Counted from the first letter of the stretch, positions 47,290-57,215 are shown. The stretch: 64,000 bases of DNA from Spirochaetia bacterium (GCA_965203905.1 CBDBDQ010000005.1:64001-128000); one strand, 5' to 3'. Translations and numbers: made by a program. The notes: generated from the sequence alone by a model not told the origin.

Positions 47290-47359
47290 CGGGTGCCGCG
47301 CGCCACAATAACGGTCGCTGCGCGCACCGCGGAGCTGGTGAGGTACGACGCAGGATATT

Positions 47360-47849
47360 GCCTTCAGCACGCTGAACTTCGCAGCACTGTCGTGGCTGCT
47401 GTCGGTCACAACTGAATCTCCGCTGTGGTTACGAGTTTTCGTTTGGGATCGGCGTGTTCATCGGTGCTCCGGCTGCGTGGCCAATACTGATTCGCTCAAC
47501 ACTCAACTTACGTGCGCTGCGCGGGCGTATCATCCACCCTGACCCCTTGGCTTGGGACTATTTCTTTCGCAAAGGACACTCGTGTTTCGTCCTTATACAT
47601 CTCAAAGACGGCAAAGTAATCGGCGGGTTGTATAACGGTGAGTCGTTTGCTTCTTCCTATCCCGAGTCTCAAGACATCTATCTTGTTGAGGTGTGGAAAG
47701 TGGATGAGCACGGACGCTTTCAATCGAGAATCGAAGCGACCATGGGAGCACTTGTCAACCACGAGGTCATTGACTACCTTGAATTCTACGCAGTAGGAGG
47801 ATCTTCGAATGAAGGATCGGAAGAACACACCACGGCAGAGAGTCGATGA
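47360..47849 (+). pseudogene. DUF6338-like membrane protein, 5'-truncated and frameshifted
   Basis: AFSTLNFAALSW..., frameshift, then HPDPLAWDYFF...LKDGKVIGGLY...SFASSYPESQDIYLVEVW; lower GC than its neighbours. Confidence 0.7.
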
Positions 47850-47982
47850 TTGGCCACTTCATCGAAGGGGCTACACCCCGAAGACCACCGTTCCTCCAGA
47901 GAAAATAGTTCCACCCAAGGGAGGGACGGGCGAGACTACGCTGGCGACGGACCCTCCTCCACAGCAATCCAAGAAGGACTGA
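47809..47982 (+). CDS. Small Pro-rich protein, 57 aa (not in the ORF track)
   Basis: AGGAGG RBS; reads MKDRKNTPRQ...RGYTPK...PPKGGTGE...; overlaps the end of the DUF6338-like gene. Confidence 0.55.
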   Translation: MKDRKNTPRQRVDDWPLHRRGYTPKTTVPPEKIVPPKGGTGETTLATDPPPQQSKKD

Positions 47983-48029
47983 CCCGGACCTATGGTCGGC
48001 ACTGAGGCTCGGTGCTCTCAGCGACTGCA

Positions 48030-48959
48030 ATGGGCAGCGACTTAGCCGATCAATCATTTCTGGCGTTCGGCGACGAGGCGGCCGGACTGACGCCGGCTCT
48101 GAAGCCGGTGCTGCCGGCGGACGTGGAGCGACGGTTGAACGAGCCGCCGCCGAGGTCGATAAGCGAGTTTCTGGCCGAGCCCTACGCGCTCGCCAAGGAG
48201 CAGGTCGAGTACTATCGGGAGCACGGGTTCGTGAAACTGGAGCAGGTGATCTCGGGCGAGCCGTTGCGCTACTTCCGGGAGATGATCGGCTACGCCGTCG
48301 GCCATTACTTCGCCGACGACGACCGCGTCCCGGCGGACAAGCGGGTGTACGAACGCAGCTTCCTGCAGGCGGTCAACCTGGGGGCGATCTATCCGGCGAT
48401 CCGGCCGTTCGCCCATGCCTTCCGCTTCGCCGACCTGGCGCGCCGGTTGATGGGGATCGATGGAGTGCGGCTGTGGTTCGATCAGGCGCTCTACAAGCAG
48501 CCGGGTGGCCGGCTCACCGATTACCACAAGGACGCGGCGTTCTGGCCGGTACGGCCGGCAGCGCACACCACCACCATCTGGGTAGCGCTGGTGGACGTGC
48601 CGCGCGAGCGCGGCTGCATGGCGTTTGCCGCGGGCAGTCACCGCGCCGGGGACGACCCCGAGTTCGTCGACATCTTCAATGTCACGGAGGATCTCGCCCT
48701 GCCCGGCGAATTGGCATGGCAGTGGGTGCCGCTCGCCGCCGGCGACTGTACGTTCCACTCCGGCTGCGTCTACCACCGCGCCGATGCCAACCGCACCTCC
48801 GCTATGCGCGAGGCGATGACCGTCGCCTACGTGTCCGCCGCCGCTGTCTATGACTGGCCGGACTGGAACTCGCGGGTCGAGCATGCCCACGGCTTCGGCA
48901 CCGCCGGGCTGCGCCGCGGCGATCCGCTCAACAAGTCGAGCACCCCGCAACTGGCGTAG
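48030..48959 (+). CDS. PhyH family Fe(II)/2OG dioxygenase
   Basis: DQALYKQPGG..TDYHKD..FWP, WVALVD, GSH and FHSGCVYHRA..N. Confidence 0.92.
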   Translation: MGSDLADQSFLAFGDEAAGLTPALKPVLPADVERRLNEPPPRSISEFLAEPYALAKEQVEYYREHGFVKLEQVISGEPLRYFREMIGYAVGHYFADDDRVPADKRVYERSFLQAVNLGAIYPAIRPFAHAFRFADLARRLMGIDGVRLWFDQALYKQPGGRLTDYHKDAAFWPVRPAAHTTTIWVALVDVPRERGCMAFAAGSHRAGDDPEFVDIFNVTEDLALPGELAWQWVPLAAGDCTFHSGCVYHRADANRTSAMREAMTVAYVSAAAVYDWPDWNSRVEHAHGFGTAGLRRGDPLNKSSTPQLA

Positions 48960-48977
48960 GACAGGTTTACTTGCGCG

Positions 48978-49070
48978 AACAAGCCTATGCGCAAGAATTG
49001 TTGCGTGTAGGCTTGTTAGTTGCGCGTATAGCCTCCATAGTTGCGCGTATGGTCTTACGCGCAACTATGG
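48978..49070 (+). promoter_or_regulatory. Two tandem inverted repeats upstream of the Fic gene
   Basis: A 17-bp arm pair at 48978-49017 and a perfect 15-bp arm pair at 49035-49070, sharing a TTGCGCG core. Confidence 0.7.
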
Positions 49071-49079
49071 CGAGGTAAA

Positions 49080-50495
49080 GTGGCAAGGCAGGTACCGGAA
49101 GAGAGTCTTCAGGCTATCGAAGCGGTCTTGCGGCAGCACCCGGAGGGCAGGACGGCATCGCAGATCGAGGGCGCCCTGGTCCCTGCGCCGCCCCGGCGGA
49201 CCCTGCAATACCGCCTTAAGTCTCTCGTCGACAGCAAGCGCGTGATCAGGGATGGCGCGGGTCGATGGGCACGGTACCGCGTGCCGCGAACGACTCCGTT
49301 GGCGGCCCACGGAGACCTCGGCGATCTCGGCGGCAGTGTTCGGCTTGAAGTCGTGCCGGCGCTGTCGCAGACCGGTGCCGAGGTTCGGGAGCATGTCCGC
49401 CAGCCGCCGGCGGGGCGCCTACCGGTCGGCTACGACCGTGCATTCTTGGAATCGTATCGGCCCAACAAGGTCTTCTATCTCTCGCAGGCGGAACGAGAGC
49501 ACCTCCAGGACGTAGGGCGGCCGGTGGACGCCAACCAACCCGCCGGCACCTACGCCAGGCAAATCCTGAACCGGCTGTTGATCGATCTGTCCTGGAACTC
49601 GAGCCGCCTCGAGGGCAACACCTATTCGCTGCTCGATACCACGCGCCTGCTCGAACTTGGCGAGGAGACGGAGGGCAAGCAACAACGCGAAACGCAGATG
49701 ATCCTCAACCACAAGGCAGCGATCGAGTTTCTCGTCGAGGACGCAGGGATGACCGGCTTCGATCGCCGTACCATCCTCAATCTCCACGCACTGCTGGCGG
49801 ACAACCTGCTTCCCGATCCACGTGCGACGGGGCGGCTCCGCCATGGCACCGTCGGGATCGAGGGGTCGGTCTTTCATCCGCTGGAGACGCCGGCCGTGAT
49901 CGAAGAGTGCTTTGAACAGGTTCTTGCCACGGCCTCCGCGATCAGCGATCCGTTCGAGCAGGCATTCTTCGTGATGGTGCAGCTTCCCTATCTACAGCCG
50001 TTCGATGACGTCAACAAGCGCGTCTCGCGACTCGCTGCGAACATTCCACTGATCAAGGCGAACCTGGTGCCGTTGTCCTTCGAGGACGTACCGCGCGAAC
50101 TGTATACCGAGGCGATTCTCGGCGTGTACGAATTGAAGCGTATCGAATTGCTGCGCGACGTGTTCATCTGGGCCTACGGGCGATCCGCCGCCCGCTACGC
50201 CGCGGTACGGCAGTCCCTGGGCGAGCCGGACCCGTTTCGGTTGCGGCACCGCGCGGCGCTGCGCGAGGTGGTCGGTGCGGTGATTCGCGAGCGTATGGAC
50301 AAGAAACACGCCGCCGCCAGGATCACCGCGTGGACCCAGGAGCATGTCGATCAGCCGCAGCGCGAGCGGTTTCGGGACGTCGCCGAAAGGGAGCTGCTGA
50401 GCCTGCACGAGGGCAATTTCGCGCGCTACCGGGTCAGCCCGTCCGAGTTCGAGGCATGGCAGGAGGTCTGGACCAGCAAGGAGAGGCACGCGTAG
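49080..50495 (+). CDS. Fic family protein with N-terminal HTH
   Basis: RRTLQYRLKSLV wHTH, SWNSSRLEGNTYS and variant Fic motif YLQPFDDVNKRVSR. Confidence 0.9.
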   Translation: MARQVPEESLQAIEAVLRQHPEGRTASQIEGALVPAPPRRTLQYRLKSLVDSKRVIRDGAGRWARYRVPRTTPLAAHGDLGDLGGSVRLEVVPALSQTGAEVREHVRQPPAGRLPVGYDRAFLESYRPNKVFYLSQAEREHLQDVGRPVDANQPAGTYARQILNRLLIDLSWNSSRLEGNTYSLLDTTRLLELGEETEGKQQRETQMILNHKAAIEFLVEDAGMTGFDRRTILNLHALLADNLLPDPRATGRLRHGTVGIEGSVFHPLETPAVIEECFEQVLATASAISDPFEQAFFVMVQLPYLQPFDDVNKRVSRLAANIPLIKANLVPLSFEDVPRELYTEAILGVYELKRIELLRDVFIWAYGRSAARYAAVRQSLGEPDPFRLRHRAALREVVGAVIRERMDKKHAAARITAWTQEHVDQPQRERFRDVAERELLSLHEGNFARYRVSPSEFEAWQEVWTSKERHA

Positions 50496-50530
50496 ACACG
50501 CTGCCGCAGGGCCGCTATCACTCTCGGATC

Positions 50531-52000
50531 ATGAGCCGGCCACCCAACATCCTGTTCATCATGAGCGACGACCATGCGTCGCATGCGATGAGCTGCTACG
50601 GCAGCCGCATCAATCGCACGCCCCATCTCGACCGCATCGCCGACGGCGGGATGCGCTTCGACAACTGTTTCTGCACCAACTCGATCTGTACGCCGAGCCG
50701 GGCCACGATCCTGACCGGCACCTACAACCACGTGAACGGCGTGACTACGCTGGCCACCTTGATGGACAACCGCCTGCAGGCCTTTCCCAAGCTGCTGCAG
50801 GCCGCCGGCTACCAGACCGCGCACGTCGGCAAGTGGCACCTGGGACAGGGGCCGTCGCACTGGCCGACCGGGTTCGACTACTGGACCGTGTTCCCCGGCC
50901 AGGGGCGCTACTATGACCCCGAGATGGTGGAGATGGCCGAGAGCAAGGTAATCCCCGGTTACGCCACCGACATCGTCACCGACCACTCGCTGCGCTGGCT
51001 GCAGCGGCGCGACCGGTCACGGCCTTTTCTGCTGATGTGCCACCACAAGGCGCCGCACCGGCCGTGGGACCCGCACCCCCGGCACGCGCGCCGCTACGCC
51101 GACGACGAGATCCCCTACCCGGAGACCTTCGACGACGACTACGCGCACCGGGCACGGGCCGCCGCAGCGGCCGAGATGCGCATCGAACGCGACTTCCTTC
51201 CCGGCGACGTGAAGGTCGCGGCGCCCGACCCCGACCACCCGCAGCGCCGCCTCGGTGCCGGTGCCGCTCCGCTTACGCCAACCGGCGGCGAACCGGTGCG
51301 GTTCTCGACGCCGGCCGAGCGCAAGCGCTGGCTCTACCAGCGCTACATCAAGGACTACCTGCGCTGCGTGGACGCGATCGACGAGGGCGTCGGGCGGCTG
51401 CTGGACTACCTCGACGCCGAGGGGATCGCCGACGACACCATCGTCGTCTATACCTCCGACCAGGGGTTCTTCCTCGGCGACCACGGCTGGTACGACAAGC
51501 GCTTCATGTACGAGGAGTCGCTGCGCATGCCGTTCATCGTGCGCTACCCGCGCGCGGTGCGGCCGGGCACGGTCAACGGCGACATGATCCTCAACGTCGA
51601 CTTCGCCGAAACCTTCCTGGATTTCGCCGAGGTGGCGATTCCGGACGACATGCAGGGCCGCTCGTTCCGCCCGCTGCTGGAAGGGCACACCCCGGCGGAC
51701 TGGCGTCGCGCCATGTACTACCGCTACTGGATGCACGGATCGCATCACAACGTGTGGGCGCACTACGGCGTGCGTACCCACACCCACAAGCTGATCTACT
51801 ACTACGCCGATCCGCTCGCCATCGAAGGCAACACCGGCCGCCGCGAGGAGCCGGAGTGGGAGCTGTTCGACCTGCAGCGCGACCCGTACGAGCTGCGCTC
51901 GGTGTACGGCGAGCCGGGCTACGCGGGGCTGACCGCCGAGTTGACCGATCTCCTGCACGAGTTGCAGGCCGCGGTCGGCGACCAGCCCTACGTCGCGTAG
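50531..52000 (+). CDS. Sulfatase (GlcNAc-6-sulfatase/mucin-desulfating-like)
   Basis: PNILFIMSDDH, CTPSRA, GKWHLG, HKAPHRPW, SDQGFFLGDHGWYDKRFMYEES. Confidence 0.95.
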   Translation: MSRPPNILFIMSDDHASHAMSCYGSRINRTPHLDRIADGGMRFDNCFCTNSICTPSRATILTGTYNHVNGVTTLATLMDNRLQAFPKLLQAAGYQTAHVGKWHLGQGPSHWPTGFDYWTVFPGQGRYYDPEMVEMAESKVIPGYATDIVTDHSLRWLQRRDRSRPFLLMCHHKAPHRPWDPHPRHARRYADDEIPYPETFDDDYAHRARAAAAAEMRIERDFLPGDVKVAAPDPDHPQRRLGAGAAPLTPTGGEPVRFSTPAERKRWLYQRYIKDYLRCVDAIDEGVGRLLDYLDAEGIADDTIVVYTSDQGFFLGDHGWYDKRFMYEESLRMPFIVRYPRAVRPGTVNGDMILNVDFAETFLDFAEVAIPDDMQGRSFRPLLEGHTPADWRRAMYYRYWMHGSHHNVWAHYGVRTHTHKLIYYYADPLAIEGNTGRREEPEWELFDLQRDPYELRSVYGEPGYAGLTAELTDLLHELQAAVGDQPYVA

Positions 52001-52018
52001 TGCCCGGCTGCCGGGCCG

Positions 52019-52069
52019 TCGCCGGCACCACGGGTCTGCCTGCTGCGACAGACCCGCGGCACCCGGCGA
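52019..52069. terminator. GC-rich stem-loop between convergent genes
   Basis: tcgccgg...gggtctg...cagaccc...ccggcga nested inverted repeat. Confidence 0.45.
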
Positions 52070-52076
52070 AATAGAG

Positions 52077-53723
52077 TTACGGCAACGCCGCGCCGAGCTG
52101 CTCGGCGACCTGCTCCAGCAGCTCCTGGCCGCCGGCCCGCTTCCATTCCTCGACGTACGCGTCCCACTCGTCGAAGCTGCGTTCGCCGAGCACGAACTCC
52201 AGCTCGTTGGTGGTCTCGAACTCGCGGATCTTGGTGTCGATCTCCGGGTCCAGGGTGATGAAGATGTCGTGGTTGAAGTACCGCGGCAGCTTGTTCACGT
52301 ACTGGTTCCACATGCCGCCGACGATGCCCATCGGGTCGTCGAACACCTCCCACAGCAGCGTGTAGCCGAAGGTCTGCCAGTTCTGCAGCGGGTTGCGCGC
52401 GGGATCGACGTAGGCGGGATGCACGTCCCGGAAGCGCTCGAAGATGTTGGTGCCATCTTCCTTGAGGATCACGCGCGAGCCGTCCGGCCAAATCTCCGGG
52501 CCGCCGCCCACCGACGCCGCCCAGTAGTTCTTGTTCGGGTATACCAGGGTGTCGTACACGTGCAGGATCCGCTTCAGCTTGCCCGGCTCCTGGTCGAGGC
52601 CGGCGCGCAGCAGGTGCAGTCCCGCCGGCCCCTGGCCGGGCTGGTACCTGCCGCCGCGGCCGTCGTTGGCGCTCGGCGGATCGAGCGCCTCCCACACCGC
52701 GAGCCGGTCCAGGTCCCCGCCCTGGGCGTCGATGTACTCCCGCATCAGGTTCCATCCGGGATAGTGCACCATGCCGATCTTGTCGTTGAACGAATAGGCG
52801 GAAAAGTTGTTCCAGTCGATGGTGTACCAGTCGGGCAGCAGCACCTTGGCGCTGTAGAGCCGGTTCATGAACATCAGGAAGTCGCGGGTGGTGCCGTCCA
52901 GCATCGGATTGTTGGCGACCCCGTCCGCCACGTTCCACCTCGGGTGGCCGAACATGCTGCGCAGCTCGCGCAACATGCCGAAGCTCCTGCCGGCGCCGGC
53001 GCCGCCCATGAACCAGGTGTCCTGCTCGCCGTTGCCGTCCGGATCGTCGAACGCGGAAGCGCGCGCGAACTCGAACAGCTCGTCCTCGGTCTGCGGCTTC
53101 TCCATGCCGAACGTCTCCAGCCAGTCGACGCGGATGAAGAGCCCCCAGTTGTTTTGAAAGATCGGATACTTGACGATGCCGATCATCTGCTCGTCGCCGA
53201 CGGTCGCCCACTTGGCATAGGGCTTGGTGATGTACTGGCGCGCCTGTGGCAGGTAGTGCAGCAGCCCGGAGACCTCCATCACCTGCGCCTGGTCGAACAG
53301 CGTCAACGCGGCGTTCTTGCCGCCGCTGCCGGCCAGGTGGAAGAAGTCGGGCGGATCTCCCGAGGCGAAGCGCACCGCGACCGAGTTGGAGAGCTCGCTG
53401 CCGGGCACGTCGGTGAAGGTGATGTCGGCATTGAACTGCTCGTTGAGATAGTCGGTGATCGGGTTGTCCGGCATCGGCGCCACGGTGTAGCCGTAGGTCA
53501 TCATCTCGAAGTCGTGGCTCTCGCTCATGTCGTCGTAGGCGTACGACTCCGGATCCACCGGCTGCGGAATCTCCGGAAAGCTGTCGGGAAAGTCGTCGTA
53601 GAAATGGACCGGGTGCAGCTCGATGGCGCCCGCGCCCGCTCCTTCTTCAGCGCCACTGGCGAACGCCGTCGCGGCCAGTGAAACCGCCGCCAGCGCTACT
53701 ACAAAACAACGAATCATCTGCAT
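52077..53723 (-). CDS. Carbohydrate ABC transporter extracellular solute-binding protein
   Basis: Signal ending FASGAEE, ASGDPPD, IRVDWLETFGMEKPQT, DPDGNGEQDT and VEEWKRAGG. Confidence 0.92.
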   Translation of the reverse strand: MQMIRCFVVALAAVSLAATAFASGAEEGAGAGAIELHPVHFYDDFPDSFPEIPQPVDPESYAYDDMSESHDFEMMTYGYTVAPMPDNPITDYLNEQFNADITFTDVPGSELSNSVAVRFASGDPPDFFHLAGSGGKNAALTLFDQAQVMEVSGLLHYLPQARQYITKPYAKWATVGDEQMIGIVKYPIFQNNWGLFIRVDWLETFGMEKPQTEDELFEFARASAFDDPDGNGEQDTWFMGGAGAGRSFGMLRELRSMFGHPRWNVADGVANNPMLDGTTRDFLMFMNRLYSAKVLLPDWYTIDWNNFSAYSFNDKIGMVHYPGWNLMREYIDAQGGDLDRLAVWEALDPPSANDGRGGRYQPGQGPAGLHLLRAGLDQEPGKLKRILHVYDTLVYPNKNYWAASVGGGPEIWPDGSRVILKEDGTNIFERFRDVHPAYVDPARNPLQNWQTFGYTLLWEVFDDPMGIVGGMWNQYVNKLPRYFNHDIFITLDPEIDTKIREFETTNELEFVLGERSFDEWDAYVEEWKRAGGQELLEQVAEQLGAALP

Positions 53724-53812
53724 GGTAATCCTCCTGCAATTCAGCGTGATTCATCGAAATCGAACCTCATGCTGCTCATGGACTCTACATAGTCCCTCCT
53801 TGATCAACCTCG

Positions 53813-54694
53813 TCAGCCCTTTACGGCTCCCAGGTACACGCCGTGGATGAAGAACCGCTGCAGGAAGGGGTACAGCGCCAGCATCGGCACCACGCCGATG
53901 ATCACGGTGGCCATCTTGAAGCTCTCCAGCGCCATCTTCTCTCCCTTCATGATCTCGACCACCAGGTCGTCGCCGAGGTGGGCCTGCCCCTCCAGCAGGT
54001 TGCGCAGCACGAGCTGCAGCGGCCACAGGTTCTTGTTGTGCAGGTAGAGCAGGGCGTCGAACCAGCTGTTCCAGTGCTGAACGATGTTGAACATGCCGAT
54101 CGCGGCCAGCGCCGGGGCCGCCAGCGGGGTCACGATCCAGACCAGGAGCTGCACGTGGCCGGCACCGTCCAGGCGCGCCGACTCGACCAGGCCCTCCGGC
54201 AGGTTCTCGATGAAGATCTTGATGATCAGCAAGCCGAAGCTGTCCACCAGCAGCGGCACGATCAGGGCCCAGAAGGTATTCATGACGCCCAGGTTCCGCA
54301 CCACCAGGTAGGTGGGAATCATGCCGCCGTGGAACAGGATGGTGAGCAGCACGATGAGCAGCAGCAGGTTGCGCCCCGGCAGCGTGCGATGCGACAGCAC
54401 GTAAGCGCCGACCAGGGTCAGCGCCACGCCCAGCAACGGACCGACGGAGCTGCGCAGCACCGACACCAGCAGCGCGCGCCACATGGCGGCGCTGTCGAGC
54501 AACCGGACGTAGGCGTTGAGCTTGGGCTCGTGGGGGATGATCACGAAGTAGCCGCGCTGAATCAGCTCCACCTGCGAGGTGAGGGACATGCCGATCACGT
54601 AGACCAACGGGAACAGCGCGCTCAGGGCGATGACGCCGACCAGGGCGTGTATCACTACCTGGTAGGTGACCTCGGTGCCGCGCCGGTACCACAT
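53813..54694 (-). CDS. Carbohydrate ABC transporter permease (LplC-like)
   Basis: FHGGMIPTY, LVESARLDGA and YPFLQRFFIHGVYLGAVKG. Confidence 0.94.
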   Translation of the reverse strand: MWYRRGTEVTYQVVIHALVGVIALSALFPLVYVIGMSLTSQVELIQRGYFVIIPHEPKLNAYVRLLDSAAMWRALLVSVLRSSVGPLLGVALTLVGAYVLSHRTLPGRNLLLLIVLLTILFHGGMIPTYLVVRNLGVMNTFWALIVPLLVDSFGLLIIKIFIENLPEGLVESARLDGAGHVQLLVWIVTPLAAPALAAIGMFNIVQHWNSWFDALLYLHNKNLWPLQLVLRNLLEGQAHLGDDLVVEIMKGEKMALESFKMATVIIGVVPMLALYPFLQRFFIHGVYLGAVKG

Positions 54695-54703
54695 GCCGGG
54701 CGC

Positions 54704-55657
54704 CTACCAGATGCCCCGGCCGGTGTAGCGCTTGGCCAGGAAGTTGGAGGCGAGAATCAGGATCATGCCGATGAACGACTGGAACAGACCCATGGCGGTG
54801 CCGATGCTGAACTGCTGGCGCGACAATCCCACGCGGTAGATCCAGGTCTCGATGATGTCCGCCACCTCGTACACCGCCGAGTTGTAGAACAGCAGCACCT
54901 GCTCGTAGCCGGCCAGCAACAGGTGCCCGAGGTTGATGCACAGCACGAAGGTCACCACCGGCAGGATGCTCGGCAGGGTGACGTAGCGGATCCGCTTCAG
55001 CGGCCCGGCGCCGTCCAGCACCGCCGCCTCGTAGAGCTGCGGATCGACGGTGGCCAGCGCCGCCAGGTAGAGGATGGTGCCCCAGCCCAGCTCCTTCCAC
55101 AGCGCCGAGCCGATCAGGATCGGCCGGAACCAGCGCTTGCTGAGCAGGAACTCCACCCGCTCGAAGCCCAGCCACTCGATCAGGTTGTTGATCAGCCCGG
55201 TGCCGGTGGAGAAGACCGCGAACACCATGCCCCAGATCACCACCCAGGAGAAGAAGTGGGGGATGTAGACGATGGTCTGGGTGGTCTTCTTGAACCACGG
55301 CAGCACCATGTCGTGGAACATGATGGCGAGGATGATCGGCGGCGCGAATCCGACCACGATGCGCAGCACCGAGATCTCCACCGAGTTGCGGATCACCCGC
55401 AGGATGTCGGGGTCCGAGAAAATCTCGCGGAAGTTCTGCAGCCCGACCCAGGGGCTGTTGACGATGCCCAGCCCCAGCTTGAGATCCTTGAAGGCGATGA
55501 TCCAGGCCAGCGAGATCGGCCAGTAGCGCAGCAGCACGTAGTAGACCAGCACCGGGATGAACAGCAGAAACAGGGTACGGTGCTCGACGATGCGGCGGCC
55601 GAGGCTCTTGCGCGGGCGTATCGGGACGGCGGTGGCGGTTGCGGCGTCTGCAGCCAC
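54704..55657 (-). CDS. Carbohydrate ABC transporter permease (LplB-like)
   Basis: SPWVGLQNF, YIPHFFSWVV and LYEAAVLDGAG. Confidence 0.93.
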   Translation of the reverse strand: MAADAATATAVPIRPRKSLGRRIVEHRTLFLLFIPVLVYYVLLRYWPISLAWIIAFKDLKLGLGIVNSPWVGLQNFREIFSDPDILRVIRNSVEISVLRIVVGFAPPIILAIMFHDMVLPWFKKTTQTIVYIPHFFSWVVIWGMVFAVFSTGTGLINNLIEWLGFERVEFLLSKRWFRPILIGSALWKELGWGTILYLAALATVDPQLYEAAVLDGAGPLKRIRYVTLPSILPVVTFVLCINLGHLLLAGYEQVLLFYNSAVYEVADIIETWIYRVGLSRQQFSIGTAMGLFQSFIGMILILASNFLAKRYTGRGIW

Positions 55658-55824
55658 GACCGCTCCATGATAGGGCGCCCCGTTGCCGCCCGCAAGCTTG
55701 CCTGCCGTCTCACACCGGGCCTCGCAGGGCCGTCCGCCCGGTGCGATCGAACACGCCACGGGTTACAATCACTGCCTGCCAAAACGACACGTCGCAGGCG
55801 TTCGACCTGGAGGTGGGGTAAACC

Positions 55825-56160
55825 ATGCTCAGACTCAGTCCCGACGAGCAGACCTGGCTCGACGAATACCGGCAGGTGCTCCGTGAACGGCACGCCGACG
55901 TGGTCTTGCGCATGGTCATCTACGGCTCCAAGGCGCGCGGCGACGCGCACGCGGACAGCGACCTGGACGTGCTCATCATCGTAAGGAACGACGCCGGCGG
56001 CCTCAAGCGAACGCTCCGGGACATCGGTTACGACTTGGCGGCAACATCCTGGGCTGTACCGTCGATTCTGGCCTACACGCAGGACGAATGGCAGCACCGG
56101 AAGGAGAAGGGATTCCCGTTTCAGCGGGCCGTGGAGCGTGACGCGGTGGCGGTGTTCTGA
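55825..56160 (+). CDS. Minimal nucleotidyltransferase (orphan MNT)
   Basis: IYGSKARGDAHADSDLDVL; GGAGG RBS. Confidence 0.9.
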   Translation: MLRLSPDEQTWLDEYRQVLRERHADVVLRMVIYGSKARGDAHADSDLDVLIIVRNDAGGLKRTLRDIGYDLAATSWAVPSILAYTQDEWQHRKEKGFPFQRAVERDAVAVF

Positions 56161-56261
56161 CCGCGAACGAGTGCCTGGAAAGTGCGACACCGGCGCGCAC
56201 CAGCCACTCCAGTGCATACTCCCACTGGCGGCGGCGGCGAGCCCTGGTGTACGGTCCCGCC

Positions 56262-57215
56262 ATGAGCGACTCGCTTCCGACGCGACCCCTGGGTGCCACC
56301 GGGGAACAGGTATCGATGCTCGGCATCGGCGGCGGCCACGTGGCCGGGGCCGGCGCCGCCAACTCCGACCGTGAGGTGGTGCGCATCATCCGGCACGCCA
56401 TCGACCGCGGGGTCACGTTCATGGACAACGCCTGGGAGTACAACGACGGCCGTTCCGAGACCCTCATGGGCGAGGCGATCGAGCAGCGCCGCGACGAGGT
56501 GTTCCTGATGACCAAGGTGTGCGCCCGCGACCGCGCCGGCGCCCTCTCCAACCTGGAGGACAGCCTGCGCCGGCTGCGCACCGACGTGATCGACCTGTGG
56601 CAGTTCCACGAGATCAACTACGCCACCGATGACGAGCTGGTGTTCGCCGCCGACGGGGCGGCCGAGGCGGCCCTCCGGGCCCTGGAAGACGGCAAGGTGC
56701 GCTACGTCGGCTGCACCGGGCACAAGGACCCCGCCTACCTGCTGGCCATGCTCGGGCACGAGTTTCCCTGGTCCACGGTGCAGATGCCGGTCACGGTGAT
56801 GGACCCGCACTACAAGAGCTTCATCCGTGGGGTGCTGCCGGAAGCGCAGCGCCGCGGCATCGGCGTCATCGCCATGAAGACGCTCGGCGGCCGCGCCCAG
56901 TTCCTCACCGCCGCCGGCCTGTCGCTGGAAGAGTGCCTGCGCTTCGCCTGGTCGCAGCCGATCGCGACGCTGGTGTCGGGCATGACCTCGGTGGAGCTCG
57001 TGGACCGCAACAGCGCCCTGGCGCGCGACTTTGTGCCGATGGCCGGTGACGAGCAGGAAGCGCTGCTGCGGCGCGTGCGGCCGGTGGCCGCCGACGGGCG
57101 CCTGGAGTGGTACAAGTCCACCCAGCACTTCGACGCCCCGCCGCACCGCAACCAGCACGGATACCCTCCTCCGGAGGAGATCGCGATGCCCGCCGGGACG
57201 GGGAGGTCGGCATGA
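56262..57215 (+). CDS. Aldo/keto reductase
   Basis: RPLGATGEQVS, DNAWEY, FLMTK, SLRRLRTDVIDLWQFH and IAMKTLGG. Confidence 0.94.
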   Translation: MSDSLPTRPLGATGEQVSMLGIGGGHVAGAGAANSDREVVRIIRHAIDRGVTFMDNAWEYNDGRSETLMGEAIEQRRDEVFLMTKVCARDRAGALSNLEDSLRRLRTDVIDLWQFHEINYATDDELVFAADGAAEAALRALEDGKVRYVGCTGHKDPAYLLAMLGHEFPWSTVQMPVTVMDPHYKSFIRGVLPEAQRRGIGVIAMKTLGGRAQFLTAAGLSLEECLRFAWSQPIATLVSGMTSVELVDRNSALARDFVPMAGDEQEALLRRVRPVAADGRLEWYKSTQHFDAPPHRNQHGYPPPEEIAMPAGTGRSA

